Below, in pieces: positions 30,415-41,043 of a stretch of 64,000 nt of DNA; within the stretch, counting starts at the first letter, position 1; every line of letters starts with the position of its first letter. Location: NCBI GenBank assembly GCA_963702475.1, contig CAVPCT010000003.1, forward strand, positions 384,001 to 448,000. Reading direction: 5' to 3'. Below the pieces are notes generated by a model, which was not told the DNA's origin, did not search any database, and saw only the letters and a program-made list of their open reading frames with translations. The DNA comes from an uncultured Thermoleophilia bacterium (lineage in GTDB: Bacteria; Actinomycetota; Thermoleophilia; UBA2241). The translations under genes and the position numbers were made by a program.

Positions 30415-31968
30415 ATGGCCACCTTCGCGGAGGCGATGGCCGCGGCGTACGCGGCGCAGGGGCCGGCGCTCGACCTGGGCCGCGGCGTGTACCAGGGCGC
30501 CGTGGTGCCCGACGCGGTCGTTACGGTGCCGCTGGCGATGATGAACCGCCACGGTCTCGTGGCCGGCGCCACCGGCACCGGCAAGACCAAGACCCTGCAG
30601 GTCATGGCGGAGCAGCTGTCCGCAGCCGGCGTGCCGGTCTTCGTCGCCGACGTGAAGGGCGACCTCTCGGGCCTCGCCGCACCGGGAGGGACAGAGGGTC
30701 CGGCGGTCAAGCGCGCCGCCGACCTGGGCATCCCGTTCGCGCCCGTGGCGTTCCCTGTGGAGTTCCTCTCGCTGGGAGGGATCGGGCCTGGCGTGCCCGT
30801 ACGCGCCACGGTGTCGGACTTCGGCCCCCAGCTGCTGGCCAGGATCCTGGGGGCCAACGAGACGCAGGCGCAGAGCCTCGGCCTCGTGTTCCGCTACGCC
30901 GACCAGAGGGCCCTCCCGCTGCTCGACCTCAGCGACCTGCGGGCACTGCTCACGTTCCTCGACTCGAAGAGCGGAAACGCCGAGCTGGCCGGCATCGGCG
31001 GCCTCTCCTCGGCCACGGTCGGCGTGTTGCTGCGCGCGCTCGTGGGCCTCGAGGACGGTGGCGGAAACGAGCTCTTCGGGGAGCCGCAGTTCGACATCGC
31101 CGACCTGCTGCGCCTGGCTCCGGACGGCCGCGGCGTGATCTCCTGTCTCGAGCTGCCCGCCGTGCAGGACAAGCCGGCGCTGTTCTCCACGGCGCTCATG
31201 TGGCTGCTTGCTGAGCTCTTCGAGGAGCTGCCGGAGGTCGGCGATCTGGAGAAGCCCAAGCTCGTGTTCTTCTTCGACGAGGCGCACCTGCTGTTCGACG
31301 GCGCGACGAAGGCGTTCGTGGACGCCGTTGCCCAGACCGTGCGCCTCGTGCGCTCAAAGGGCGTCGGCGTGTTCTTCGTGACGCAGGTGCCCAAGGACGT
31401 GCCGGCGGACGTGCTGGGGCAGCTGGGCAACCGCGTGCAGCACGCGTTGCGCGCCTTCACCCCCGACGACGCGAAGGCGCTCAAGGCGGCGGTGTCCACG
31501 TACCCCACCTCGGAGTTCTACGATATCGCCGCGCTGCTCACGCAGATGGGCATCGGCGAGGCGGCGGTGACCATCCTCTCGCCGAGAGGCGTGCCGACCC
31601 CGGTGGTGCACACGTGCGTGCGGCCGCCCATGTCGCGCATGGCGCCGGCCGACGACGTGCAGGCGGCCGCCCTGGCGTCGCCGCTGTGGGCCAGGTACGG
31701 GGCGCGCGTGGACGCGGTGAGCGCGCGCGAGATGCTGGCCGCACGCCTGCAGCCGCCGGTGCTCCCTCCGCCGGCGCCGCTGCCGCGGGTTGAGCCGGAC
31801 GCGCCGCCGCGGCCGGCGCCGCGGCCGACCGCCCGGCAGAAGCAGGCGGGCCGGGCAGTTGCCGGCGGTGTGGACGTGCTGGGTGACTTCCTCAACTCAC
31901 GCCAGGGCAAGGCGGTGCAGCGAGAGGTGGTGCGCGGGCTCTTCGGGCTGCTCAAGAGGTCGCTGTAG
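30415..31968 (+). CDS. DUF853/HerA-like P-loop ATPase
   Basis: NRHGL.AGATGTGKT, FFDEAH, RSKGVG, QHALRAFTP. Confidence 0.9.
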   Translation: MATFAEAMAAAYAAQGPALDLGRGVYQGAVVPDAVVTVPLAMMNRHGLVAGATGTGKTKTLQVMAEQLSAAGVPVFVADVKGDLSGLAAPGGTEGPAVKRAADLGIPFAPVAFPVEFLSLGGIGPGVPVRATVSDFGPQLLARILGANETQAQSLGLVFRYADQRALPLLDLSDLRALLTFLDSKSGNAELAGIGGLSSATVGVLLRALVGLEDGGGNELFGEPQFDIADLLRLAPDGRGVISCLELPAVQDKPALFSTALMWLLAELFEELPEVGDLEKPKLVFFFDEAHLLFDGATKAFVDAVAQTVRLVRSKGVGVFFVTQVPKDVPADVLGQLGNRVQHALRAFTPDDAKALKAAVSTYPTSEFYDIAALLTQMGIGEAAVTILSPRGVPTPVVHTCVRPPMSRMAPADDVQAAALASPLWARYGARVDAVSAREMLAARLQPPVLPPPAPLPRVEPDAPPRPAPRPTARQKQAGRAVAGGVDVLGDFLNSRQGKAVQREVVRGLFGLLKRSL

Positions 31969-32056
31969 CACGGGCGGGGGCCGACGGCGCGACGACCGCC
32001 CGCATCTGGTAAGGTCGCGGTTCCAGCCGCCACCGAGACGGAGGACCACCGCCACG

Positions 32057-33859
32057 ATGTCCCTTCTGCGCCTGGACGTCGGCGACCGCCAGGTCGTCAT
32101 GCACACGGCCGGAGCTGTGTGCTCGAGCACCCAGGAGCTTGTCGAGAGCCGGGCCTTCGCGCGCGTCGTCGGTCTGTACCTCGACCATCTCGAGAGCCAC
32201 GATCCCGCGGCCCTCGACGACCTCGGTCTCGACCACGCCGAGGACCTGGAGTTCGGCCGCGACGACCGGGCGGGCACCGGCGACCCCCGTCGTGCCCGCC
32301 TCCTCGACCTGCTGCGGCTGCTCGCCAACAACCCGCTCGAGCGGGTGGCGCGCCTCGGGGTCGGCTCCGCCGACCTGCTGGCGCGCCGCGACCGCCTGCA
32401 CGAGTTCATCGAGGGCCTCTACGACTTCTGGCGCCACTGGGACAGGTTCCTCATCGTGCGCGCCGAAGCCGTCCGGGAGCCAAGCGAAGCGCGCCCGTTG
32501 CACGGCTTCACCGACACCGTGGACACGCTCGGCTTCCTCGTCCGCACGCTGTACCGCAACGTCGCGGAGCACGTCTCGGGCGGTCGGCCGCGCGTGTACC
32601 GGCAGGTGGCGGCCGGCGCGGAGATGGGCGTCTACGCGGCGCCCCAGAAGTGGCCGGTGCCGGCCAAGTACCGCGAGCTGCTCGGCGGCATCCCGTTCGT
32701 GCGCCACCTGCTCATGTACCCCCCCATGATGCTCGACCCTCCCTCCAACACGCGCACCGGCGTGTTCACCGAGGTGCAGGACGACCCGCTCGAGGGCCTC
32801 GTGCTGCAGCGTGAGGAGTGGCTGTGCTACCCCGCTCTGGTGGGCCGGCTGGTGGTGTTCGTGTACTTCAATCAGCGCTTCGCCGGACTGGGCCTGACGC
32901 TCGCCAACCTGTTCGAGATGGCGTCCGACGAGGAGATCGCGGCCGGGCCCGACGCCGTGTACCTCTACGGCGTCCCGCCGGCCGCACTGGCCCGCTACGG
33001 CGACCTGCCCACGGTATTCCACGAGGACACCGCCCGCCGCCTGCTGGTGGCGGCCGTGCCGCTGGAGGACCGCTTCGGGTACTTCGGCTACATCAAGAAG
33101 ATGGTGCTCACGCTGCACAACGTGGCCGTCATGCAGCGCGGACTCATGCCCTTCCACGGGGCGTACGTGCGGCTGAGCCTGGCGGGCGGCCGCACGGCCA
33201 GCGTGCTCATCATCGGCGACACGGCCACCGGCAAGTCCGAGACGCTGGAGGCGCTTCGCGTTGTTGGCGACGAGCGCATCCGGGAGGTGCGCGTCATCGC
33301 CGACGACATGGGCTCGCTCGAGGTCGCGACCGACGGCCGCCTGCTGGGGTACGGCACCGAGATCGGCGCCTTCGTGCGGCTGGACGACCTGCAGCAGGGG
33401 TACGCGTTCGGCCAGCTGGACAGGGCCGTCATCATGAGCCCCAACCGGGTCAACGCGCGCGTTGTGCTCCCGGTGACCACGCTGGAGCACGTGCTGCGCG
33501 GCTACCCGGTCGACTACCTGCTGTACGCCAACAACTACGAGACGGTCGACGCCGACCATCCCGTTCTGGAGCGACTTCCCGACGACGAGGCCGCGCTGGC
33601 CGTGTTCGGGGAGGGCAAGGCCATGGCCAAGGGCACCACCACCGCCACTGGACTGACGACGAGCCTCTTCGCCAACCCCTTCGGGCCGGCGCAGCGGCCG
33701 GAGCAGCACGAGCGGCTGGCGCGGCAGACGTTCGCGGCGGCCTTCCGGGCCGGGGTGTACGTCGGTCAGCTGCGCACGCAGCTCGGTCTGGCAGGCCAGG
33801 GGGTGGCCGGACCACGAGCGGCCGCCGAGGCCCTGCTGGGGCTCATCGCCGGCCGTTGA
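32057..33859 (+). CDS. PEP-carboxykinase-like P-loop protein
   Basis: [48 protein letters not shown]. Confidence 0.7.
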   Translation: MSLLRLDVGDRQVVMHTAGAVCSSTQELVESRAFARVVGLYLDHLESHDPAALDDLGLDHAEDLEFGRDDRAGTGDPRRARLLDLLRLLANNPLERVARLGVGSADLLARRDRLHEFIEGLYDFWRHWDRFLIVRAEAVREPSEARPLHGFTDTVDTLGFLVRTLYRNVAEHVSGGRPRVYRQVAAGAEMGVYAAPQKWPVPAKYRELLGGIPFVRHLLMYPPMMLDPPSNTRTGVFTEVQDDPLEGLVLQREEWLCYPALVGRLVVFVYFNQRFAGLGLTLANLFEMASDEEIAAGPDAVYLYGVPPAALARYGDLPTVFHEDTARRLLVAAVPLEDRFGYFGYIKKMVLTLHNVAVMQRGLMPFHGAYVRLSLAGGRTASVLIIGDTATGKSETLEALRVVGDERIREVRVIADDMGSLEVATDGRLLGYGTEIGAFVRLDDLQQGYAFGQLDRAVIMSPNRVNARVVLPVTTLEHVLRGYPVDYLLYANNYETVDADHPVLERLPDDEAALAVFGEGKAMAKGTTTATGLTTSLFANPFGPAQRPEQHERLARQTFAAAFRAGVYVGQLRTQLGLAGQGVAGPRAAAEALLGLIAGR

Positions 33860-33887
33860 CGAAGCAGAGACGAGAGAGGAGCGCGAC

Positions 33888-34760
33888 GTGGGGACGCTGT
33901 ACGAGACCAACGAGACCGCCTGGGATCTGATCGCCCGGGGCAAGGTGCGCGACGTGTACGCCTACGCCCCCAACGAGATGCTCATCGTCGTCAGCGATCG
34001 CCTCTCCGCGTTCGACGTCATCCTGCCGACGCCCATCCCCGACAAGGGCATGGTGCTCACGCAGATCTCCAACTTCTGGTTCGCCAAGACCAGCGGCATC
34101 ATCGCCAACCACATCGTCGACCCCGACCCGTTCGCGACCGACAGCGAGCACGCCCACCTGGCAGGGCGGTCGGTCGTCGTGCACAAGGCCCAGGCGCTGC
34201 CGGTGGAGGCGATCGTGCGCGGGTACCTGACCGGCTCGGGGCGCAAGGACTACGAGCGCACCGGTCAGGTCTGCGGCATCCCGCTGCCCAAGGGTCTGGT
34301 CGAAGCCAGCCGCCTGCCCGAGCCGCTGTTCACGCCGTCCACCAAGGCCGAGATCGGCACGCACGACGAGAACATCTCCTTCGAGCAGACCGTGGACCTC
34401 GTCGGCCGGGAGCTGGCCGAACGCGTCCGCGACGCCGCCCTCGAGCTCTACAGCTTCGGCGCCGCCTACGCCCTGGAGCGTGGCATCATCATCGCCGACA
34501 CCAAGTTCGAGTTCGGCATCCTCGACGGGGAGCTCATCCTCATCGACGAGGCGCTCACGCCGGACTCGTCGCGGTTCTGGCCGGCCGACGGCTACGAGAA
34601 GGGCGTCAGCCAGCCGAGCTACGACAAGCAGTACGTGCGCGACTACCTGGAGACGCTGGACTGGGACAAGACGGATCCCGGCCCGGCGCTGCCCGACGAC
34701 GTCGTCAAACGCACGAGCGAGAAGTACCTGGAGGCGTGGCGCCGCCTGACGCAGGAATGA
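33888..34760 (+). CDS. purC: SAICAR synthetase
   Basis: [35 protein letters not shown]. Confidence 0.97.
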   Translation: MGTLYETNETAWDLIARGKVRDVYAYAPNEMLIVVSDRLSAFDVILPTPIPDKGMVLTQISNFWFAKTSGIIANHIVDPDPFATDSEHAHLAGRSVVVHKAQALPVEAIVRGYLTGSGRKDYERTGQVCGIPLPKGLVEASRLPEPLFTPSTKAEIGTHDENISFEQTVDLVGRELAERVRDAALELYSFGAAYALERGIIIADTKFEFGILDGELILIDEALTPDSSRFWPADGYEKGVSQPSYDKQYVRDYLETLDWDKTDPGPALPDDVVKRTSEKYLEAWRRLTQE

Positions 34761-34873
34761 CGGACGTAGCGGGCTCATCGAGGGGTGCACCGAAGGGACA
34801 CCGCTCCATGACCGACGTAGCAGGGTCAGCGAGAGGCGGGCCGCAGGGGGGCCTCCCAGTGAGCTGCGCGTGA
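34757..34873 (+). repeat. Two 51-nt GACGTAG-tagged REP-like units bridging purC and the methyltransferase gene
   Basis: ATGAC(G/C)GACGTAGC.GG.TCA.CGAG.GG...CCG.AGGG; related copies at 54372, 63905 and 39309. Confidence 0.75.
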
Positions 34874-35550
34874 GCGGCGACGACATCCCGCAGGCCGCAC
34901 GCCACTGGGACGCGCGGTACGGAAGCGACGGCAAGCTCTGGGGCGACGGCCCCAGCGAGCTGGCTCGCCTCACCGTCGCCCGGCTGCGTCCCTACTCGAC
35001 GCCGGAGCTGTCGGTGCTCGACGTCGGCTGCGGGTACGGGCGCGACACTCGCTACCTGGCGGTCGAGCTTGGCTGCCGGGTGCTCGGCCTGGATCCGTCG
35101 CCCGCGGCCATCACTGCAGCCCGCCGGCAGCGCTCGGCCAGCCTGGACGTCGACTTCGTGGCGTCGGACCTGGTCGAGTTCGCGGCAGGGCTTGGGGACG
35201 ACGCCCGCTTCGACGTCGTCTTCGCCTGCAACGTCTACCACCTGTTGGGGCCGATCGGCCGCCGGGAGTTCGCGGCGGCGCTGGGCGCCGCCGCGCGGCC
35301 CGGCGGCCTCCTCTTTCTCAGCACGCTCTCGCCGCGCGATCCCCAGCACTACGCCGTGGGTCGTCAGGTGCTCGGCGAGGAGCGCAGCTGGGTCGACAAG
35401 GTGTATCTCCATTTCAGCTCGGCGCAGGAGCTGGAGGCCGAGCTGGCCGACTTCCAGATACTCGACCTCGACGAGCGCAGCTACGAGGAGCGGAACCCTG
35501 CCGGCGTGCACCACCACACGAGCTGGTTCGTGGAAGGTCGGCGGCGCTGA
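34870..35550 (+). CDS. Class I SAM-dependent methyltransferase
   Basis: VLDVGCGYGRD, FDVV, RPGG. Confidence 0.9.
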   Translation: MSGDDIPQAARHWDARYGSDGKLWGDGPSELARLTVARLRPYSTPELSVLDVGCGYGRDTRYLAVELGCRVLGLDPSPAAITAARRQRSASLDVDFVASDLVEFAAGLGDDARFDVVFACNVYHLLGPIGRREFAAALGAAARPGGLLFLSTLSPRDPQHYAVGRQVLGEERSWVDKVYLHFSSAQELEAELADFQILDLDERSYEERNPAGVHHHTSWFVEGRRR

Positions 35551-35593
35551 GGCACGCCGCCCACTGCGGGCCGCCGGCGCCGCGCTTCGCCGC

Positions 35594-36751
35594 CTACCGC
35601 ACGATGCGGTACACGCCGCCGTCGGTCGCGGTCAGATACAGCTCACCTGCGGCATCCTGCCCGAACGACGTGATCCCGGAGAGCGCCCGGTCCAGGCCGG
35701 GCGCCGGCCGCGGCGTCGCGGTGGGTCCGCGGAGTGCCCAGACCCTGGCGCTCGCCCAGTCGCCGTACAGGTACCAGCCGCGCAGTGCGGGGATCGCGCT
35801 TCCGCGATAGACGTAGCCGCCGATGACGGAGACGCCTTGGCGGCGCCCGTACTCCGCTACCGGCCAGACGACGGTGCTCCGCGGCAGCCGGGCGGCGCGC
35901 TCGGCACTGTACACGTTTCGCCCCTCGTAGGCGCTCCAGCCGAGGTTGGCGCCCGGCCTGCGGCGGGGCGCGAGGTAGTCGATCTCCTCCCGGGCGTTCT
36001 GCCCCACGTCCCCGATCCACAGGGCGCCCGTGCGGCTGTCGAACGAGAAGCGCCAGGGGTTGCGCAGCCCCTTGGCGTAGACGGCCACGCGCGGCGCCGA
36101 GTGCGGGGACGCGATGCGCACGATCTTGCCGAGCAAGCTGTCATCGCTTTGGGCGCGGTCGCCCGGGTCGCCGGCGGCCCCGCCGTCGCCGAGGCCGACG
36201 TACAGGCGGCCGTCAGGGCCGAAGGCCAGCTGGCCGCCGTTGTGGTTGGCGTACGGCTGGTCCACAGCGAGGATGACGACGCCGCTGCCGGGATCGGCGA
36301 GGTCGCGGTCGTCGCTTGAGACTCGATACCGCACGACCCGCGTGTCACCGGCGGTGTCGGTGAAGTGAGTGTAGAAGAGGCCGTTCGACGCGTAGCGCGG
36401 GTCGAACGCGAGCCCCAGCAGGCCGCGTTCACCCCCGGTGGAGATCCGTCCGGACACGTCGAGGAACGGGGTCGCCAACGGGCGGCCGTCTTTCACGATC
36501 AAGATGCGGCCGCCCTGCTCGACGACGAAGAGCCGCGAGCGGTCTCCGGGTGGCGCGGTGACGTAGAGGGCGCCGGGGTACGTGCCGGCGATCCGCTCGA
36601 GGCGGACGGCCGGAGGAGACGGGGTCGCCTGGCGCGGCTCGACGCCGGCCTCCGCCTGTCCTTCGCGAAGGGACGAGGCTCCGAGGGCGGCGGCCGCGGC
36701 GACGAGGGCCAGCGCGGCCGCGACGAGCGTGAACAGTCGTGTGCGGCGCAT
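35594..36751 (-). CDS. Secreted PQQ-dependent glucose/sorbosone dehydrogenase-like beta-propeller
   Basis: Signal peptide; ERGLLGLAF.P, NHNGG, GLGDGG, GLRNPWRFSFD, GDVGQ. Confidence 0.9.
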   Translation of the reverse strand: MRRTRLFTLVAAALALVAAAAALGASSLREGQAEAGVEPRQATPSPPAVRLERIAGTYPGALYVTAPPGDRSRLFVVEQGGRILIVKDGRPLATPFLDVSGRISTGGERGLLGLAFDPRYASNGLFYTHFTDTAGDTRVVRYRVSSDDRDLADPGSGVVILAVDQPYANHNGGQLAFGPDGRLYVGLGDGGAAGDPGDRAQSDDSLLGKIVRIASPHSAPRVAVYAKGLRNPWRFSFDSRTGALWIGDVGQNAREEIDYLAPRRRPGANLGWSAYEGRNVYSAERAARLPRSTVVWPVAEYGRRQGVSVIGGYVYRGSAIPALRGWYLYGDWASARVWALRGPTATPRPAPGLDRALSGITSFGQDAAGELYLTATDGGVYRIVR

Positions 36752-36987
36752 GCTGTGAGCATCCCGCGCCGGCCGGCGGGCAAACCAGAGCCTGGGCATG
36801 GCAGCCTGGCGTGCGGCAGGAACCCTCGGGCATGCCGCCGCCGGAGGCTGGACACGGGCGGTGATCCGGCGCAACGGCATTGCCGCGCCCTGCCGGGAGT
36901 ACTGTGTGTTCGTGGAGTGCGCTAGGCCGCCATGTGCACGAGGACTCCCTCGACGAGTCGCATGCGGCCGGACCAGGAGGCTGCACC

Positions 36988-38322
36988 ATGGGGCGACGAC
37001 TTCTGCTGATCAATCCGTCGGCTGCGCACTTCGGACGGGAGAGGTGGAGCCTCGCCGCGTTCGCGACCATGGAGCCGCTCGCCCTGGCGTACGTGGCCGC
37101 GTTGACGCCGCCGGATTGGGAGGTGCGGATCGTCGACGAGACGGTCGAGGGCATGCCCTCGTACTGGAGCTTCGAGCCCGATCTCGTGGGCCTCACGAGC
37201 CAGACGCCCGCCGCGCCGCGTGCGTACGATGTCGCGGCCCACTTCCGCGCTCGTGGTGTGCCGGTGGCCATGGGGGGGATGCACGCGACGTTCTGCGCGG
37301 ACGAGGCGGCACGGTTCGTCGACGTGGTGTGCCAGGGGGAGGCCGAGGGACTGTGGCCGCAGCTCATCGACGATTTCGAGTCCGGAAGGCTTGCCGAGCG
37401 CTACGTGGGCGGCGCGACCGACCTCGCCGATCTGCCCCTGCCGCGCCGCGATCTGTACCGGTATCCGTACCGCGTGGCCCTTGTGACCAGCGCGCGCGGC
37501 TGCAACGAGCGCTGCGAGTTCTGCGCCGTCTGGAAGTTCGAGTCGGGGAGGTTCCGCGTGCGTCCCGTCGAGCAGGTGTTGGCCGAGCTGCCACGCGTGC
37601 CGTCCACGCCGTTCATGATGTTCACCGACGACAACGTGATGGCCGACCGCGATCATGCGCTGGAGGTGTGTCGCGGCATGCAGGAACGAGGGCTGAAGCG
37701 GCGGTTCGCGGTGCAGGCCTCGCTCGACATCGCGGATGACGACGAGTTGCTCGACGCGCTCCGGGCCAGCGGCTGCTTCCTCGTGGAGGTCGGCTTCGAA
37801 TCGCTGAGCGAGGCGACCCTCAAGAGGATGCGGAAGGGCGTCAACCTGCGGGTCGGCGTGGAGCGTTACGGGGAGTTGATCGGTCGGCTGCACGAGCACG
37901 GACTGCTGGTCGTTGGGACGTTCATCTTCGGCAATGACGGTGAAGGGATGGACGTCTTTCGCCGTACCACCGACTTCGTGCTTGACGCCGGCGTCGATCT
38001 GGCGCACTTCGGGCTCCTCACACCTACGCCGGGCACACCGGTCTTCGAGCGGCTCGCGCGCCAGGGGCGTCTGTTGTGGACGCGCTTCCCTGGCGACTAC
38101 GTGCTCTTCCACACCTGGCACTCCACGTTCGTCCCCGACGCCATGTCACCGCATCAGGCCGAGGAGGGGATGGCGACGGTCGCGCGCGACCTCACGCGGT
38201 GGCCGGTCGCGCTGCGACGGGCGGCGCGCACGGGTCTCGACACGCGGAGTCTCACCGCGGCGGCCACGTCACTGCTGTGGACGCGAACAGGGCTGCACCG
38301 GCGAGTGTTCGGTGTGAGGTGA
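36988..38322 (+). CDS. B12-binding radical SAM protein
   Basis: EPLALAYVAA, GG.H.T, GEAE, RGCNERCEFC, DDN. Confidence 0.9.
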   Translation: MGRRLLLINPSAAHFGRERWSLAAFATMEPLALAYVAALTPPDWEVRIVDETVEGMPSYWSFEPDLVGLTSQTPAAPRAYDVAAHFRARGVPVAMGGMHATFCADEAARFVDVVCQGEAEGLWPQLIDDFESGRLAERYVGGATDLADLPLPRRDLYRYPYRVALVTSARGCNERCEFCAVWKFESGRFRVRPVEQVLAELPRVPSTPFMMFTDDNVMADRDHALEVCRGMQERGLKRRFAVQASLDIADDDELLDALRASGCFLVEVGFESLSEATLKRMRKGVNLRVGVERYGELIGRLHEHGLLVVGTFIFGNDGEGMDVFRRTTDFVLDAGVDLAHFGLLTPTPGTPVFERLARQGRLLWTRFPGDYVLFHTWHSTFVPDAMSPHQAEEGMATVARDLTRWPVALRRAARTGLDTRSLTAAATSLLWTRTGLHRRVFGVR

Positions 38323-38359
38323 CGCACTCCGACCGTAGTGCGGGAGGCGCGGGCCGCCG

Positions 38360-39184
38360 TCAGGCGTACGTGGCGCGGAAGGCGGCGGCGCTCGCCTGTT
38401 CGGCCTCGGTGACGAGGCCCAGCAGGCGAGCGTGCATGTCTTCGTGCAGGCGCAGCTCGCGGCCGTCCACGTTGGCCACCATCACGATGCCGCGCACGCT
38501 GCTGGTGAGCAGCATGCCGTCGTCCGGGCGCAGGTCGGCGACGCGGGCGTACGCCTCGACGATGGTGAGTCCGGCGGCCGACCCCAGCTCCTCGACCTTC
38601 GCGCGCAGCACGCCGGGCAGGATGGCGCCCTCGGCCGGCGGCGTGACAAGGCCGCCGCCGCGCACCAGGAACAGGTTGGACGTGGCCCCCTCGAACATGC
38701 GCCCCTCGTCGTCCACGAGGATGGCGTCGTCCACGCCGGCAGCCGTCGCCGCGCGCTGCGCGAGGTAGGACTGCATCACCGTCATCGCCTTGAGCTCGGC
38801 GCGGATACGCACGCCCGGGTAGGTGATGACCTGGAGCGGCCGCGCGGGGAACGGGCGCTGGTCGGTCTGGATGAGGAGGTTGGGGGTGCCTCCGGACGCG
38901 CCCGCCGTGACGAGGACTCGGCAGGCGCCGGCGGCGACTCCGGTGGCCCGCGAGATGGCCGTGATCTGGGCGGCCATCTCCGCGCGGCCGGCCGGACGCT
39001 CCAGGCCGAGCGTCTCGAGCCCGCGGTCCAGGCGCGCAACGTGTTCCTCGAAGAACACGGGCACGCCGTCCACCAGCTTGAGCGTCTCGTACAGGCCGAG
39101 GCCGTGCGTGAGGGCGCGGTCGGTGACCGGCAGCGTCGCCTCCTCGACGGGGAGCAGGCCGCCGTTGAGCATCACGAACGTCAT
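38360..39184 (-). CDS. pabC: Class IV aminotransferase / aminodeoxychorismate lyase
   Basis: DR...HGLGLYET, H..RL, EG.TSNLF, ILPGV.R; downstream of the pabB-like gene. Confidence 0.75.
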   Translation of the reverse strand: MTFVMLNGGLLPVEEATLPVTDRALTHGLGLYETLKLVDGVPVFFEEHVARLDRGLETLGLERPAGRAEMAAQITAISRATGVAAGACRVLVTAGASGGTPNLLIQTDQRPFPARPLQVITYPGVRIRAELKAMTVMQSYLAQRAATAAGVDDAILVDDEGRMFEGATSNLFLVRGGGLVTPPAEGAILPGVLRAKVEELGSAAGLTIVEAYARVADLRPDDGMLLTSSVRGIVMVANVDGRELRLHEDMHARLLGLVTEAEQASAAAFRATYA

Positions 39185-39308
39185 GCGCGGAGTCTACAGT
39201 GCCGGGCCCGCCGGCGCCCCCGCCGTTTTGGAGCGGCTTGCGTGCTTCCACGCGCCTCGCGGTCGGTCATCGACGGGTGCGCCAGCTACGCACGGGTCAG
39301 CGACTCAG

Positions 39309-39519
39309 CTACGTCGGTCGCAGGGCGGTGCCCTGCGGCGCCCCGCTCGACAACGCCGCTGCGTGAGTCGCCGACCTGACCGCCTTCGGCCGCGGTCGGC
39401 GAAGGTGCTACGTCGGTTTCTGAGCGGTGCGCCTGCGGCGCCCCGCTCGAAAACGCCGCTGCGTGAGTCGCCGACCTGACCGCCTTCGGCCGCGGTCTGC
39501 GAAGGTACTACGTCGGTTT
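39309..39519. repeat. Two ~100-bp tandem palindromic units plus a terminal partial unit overlapping the pabB stop
   Basis: CTACGTCGGT starts at 39309, 39408 and 39508; hairpins GAGCGG..CCGCTC and CCTTCG..CGAAGG. Confidence 0.9.
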
Positions 39520-41028
39520 TTCGGCGATGCCGGCGCTCACGGCGCGCAGCATGCCGGCCGCCTTGTGCAGCGTCTCCCGGTACTCCTTCTCGGGGACCGA
39601 GTCGGCCACGATGCCCCCGCCCACCTGCAGGAACAGACGGTCACCGAGACGCACGAGCGTGCGGATGATGATGTTGAGGTCGAGCGTGTGCTCGGCCACC
39701 CATCCGAACGACCCGGTATACGGCCCGCGGCGCACGGTCTCGAGCTCGTCGATGATCTCCATGCAACGGACCTTGGGGCAGCCGGTGATGGTGCCGCCGG
39801 GGAACATGGCGCGGATGAGGTCGACGCTGTCGCGCGACGGGTGAAGGTGGCCACGAACGTTGCTGACGATGTGGATGACGTGCGAGTAGTACTCGTTGAC
39901 CATGAGCTCCGAGACGCGCACCGTGCCGTACTCGCACACACGGCCGAGGTCGTTGCGCTCGAGGTCGACGAGCATGATGTGTTCGGCGCGGTCCTTGGGG
40001 TCGAGGTTGAGCTCCTCGGTGAGGGCGTCGTCTTCGGGGGTGCGGTCGCCGCGCGGCCTCGTGCCGGCGATGGGACGCGTCTCCGCCCAGCCCGCACGGT
40101 CCAGGGAGACGAGGCGCTCGGGGGACGACGAGATGAGCTCGTAGTCGCCGAAGTGCAGGTAACCGGCGAAGGGCGACGGGTTGACGGTACGCAGGGTCTC
40201 GTACAGATGCAGGCTCGGCAGCGAGTACATGCCGTCCAGCCGCTGCGAGAGGTTGGCCTGGAAGATGTCGCCCGCGAAGACGTACTCTCGGGCGCGCGCG
40301 ACGACGGCCTCGTAATCGGGGCGGCGGAAGTTGGAGCGGAACACCGACGAGTCCCTGCCGTGGAGCTCTGCGGGCGCCGGCTGCGCGGCGCGCGCGAGGG
40401 CCTCGGCCACGCGCGCCGCCTCCACGCCCGCCTGTTCCGGCGTCGCCGCGAGGCGGTCGAGCAGCAGCACCTCGCCGCTTTCGAGGTCGTAGCGCAGCAG
40501 GCGACCGGGGACGAAGACGTCGATGTCGGGCAGGCCGAGGTCGTCGCGCGTGCTGTCCGGCAGGCGCTCCAGGTAGCGGACGGCGTCGTAGGAGATCAGC
40601 CCGAGCGCGGCCTCGGCCTCGGGAAGGCCCGCGAGGTCGGCCACCCCATGCTGCGCACCTGCAGACCCGGGGTGGCCGTTGCCCGGCGCGGCTGCGGTGA
40701 GCGCCCCGGCCGGCAGCGCCGCCAGCCGCGTGAGCCGTCGGAGCGCCTCGAACGGCGCGAGCGCCGCGAGCTCGGTCGCCCGGCCGCAGAGCTCCCGCGC
40801 CGCGGCGCTCCATGCGGTCTCGGGCTCGGCGAGCACCGTGACGACTCCGGCCCGCGCTCGCAGGCGCACCAAGGGGTGCCACGCGAGGTAGTGCCGGCGG
40901 GCGAGCGCCGGGGACCCGCCGGCCGAGTCGAGGAGCACGACGGGCGCCTGCCCCTCCAGACCCAGGGCGCGCAGCAGCGCCACGGGGTCGAGTGACGGCG
41001 TGCTGAAGCGGGTGAGGACGGGCGGCAT
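39508..41028 (-). CDS. pabB: Aminodeoxychorismate/anthranilate synthase component I
   Basis: GDIFQANLSQR, SSSPER, TRPIAGTR.RG, KDRAEHIMLVDLERND, FPGGTITG.PK. Confidence 0.85.
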   Translation of the reverse strand: MPPVLTRFSTPSLDPVALLRALGLEGQAPVVLLDSAGGSPALARRHYLAWHPLVRLRARAGVVTVLAEPETAWSAAARELCGRATELAALAPFEALRRLTRLAALPAGALTAAAPGNGHPGSAGAQHGVADLAGLPEAEAALGLISYDAVRYLERLPDSTRDDLGLPDIDVFVPGRLLRYDLESGEVLLLDRLAATPEQAGVEAARVAEALARAAQPAPAELHGRDSSVFRSNFRRPDYEAVVARAREYVFAGDIFQANLSQRLDGMYSLPSLHLYETLRTVNPSPFAGYLHFGDYELISSSPERLVSLDRAGWAETRPIAGTRPRGDRTPEDDALTEELNLDPKDRAEHIMLVDLERNDLGRVCEYGTVRVSELMVNEYYSHVIHIVSNVRGHLHPSRDSVDLIRAMFPGGTITGCPKVRCMEIIDELETVRRGPYTGSFGWVAEHTLDLNIIIRTLVRLGDRLFLQVGGGIVADSVPEKEYRETLHKAAGMLRAVSAGIAEKPT

Positions 41029-41043
41029 GGAGCGGGGCGAGGT

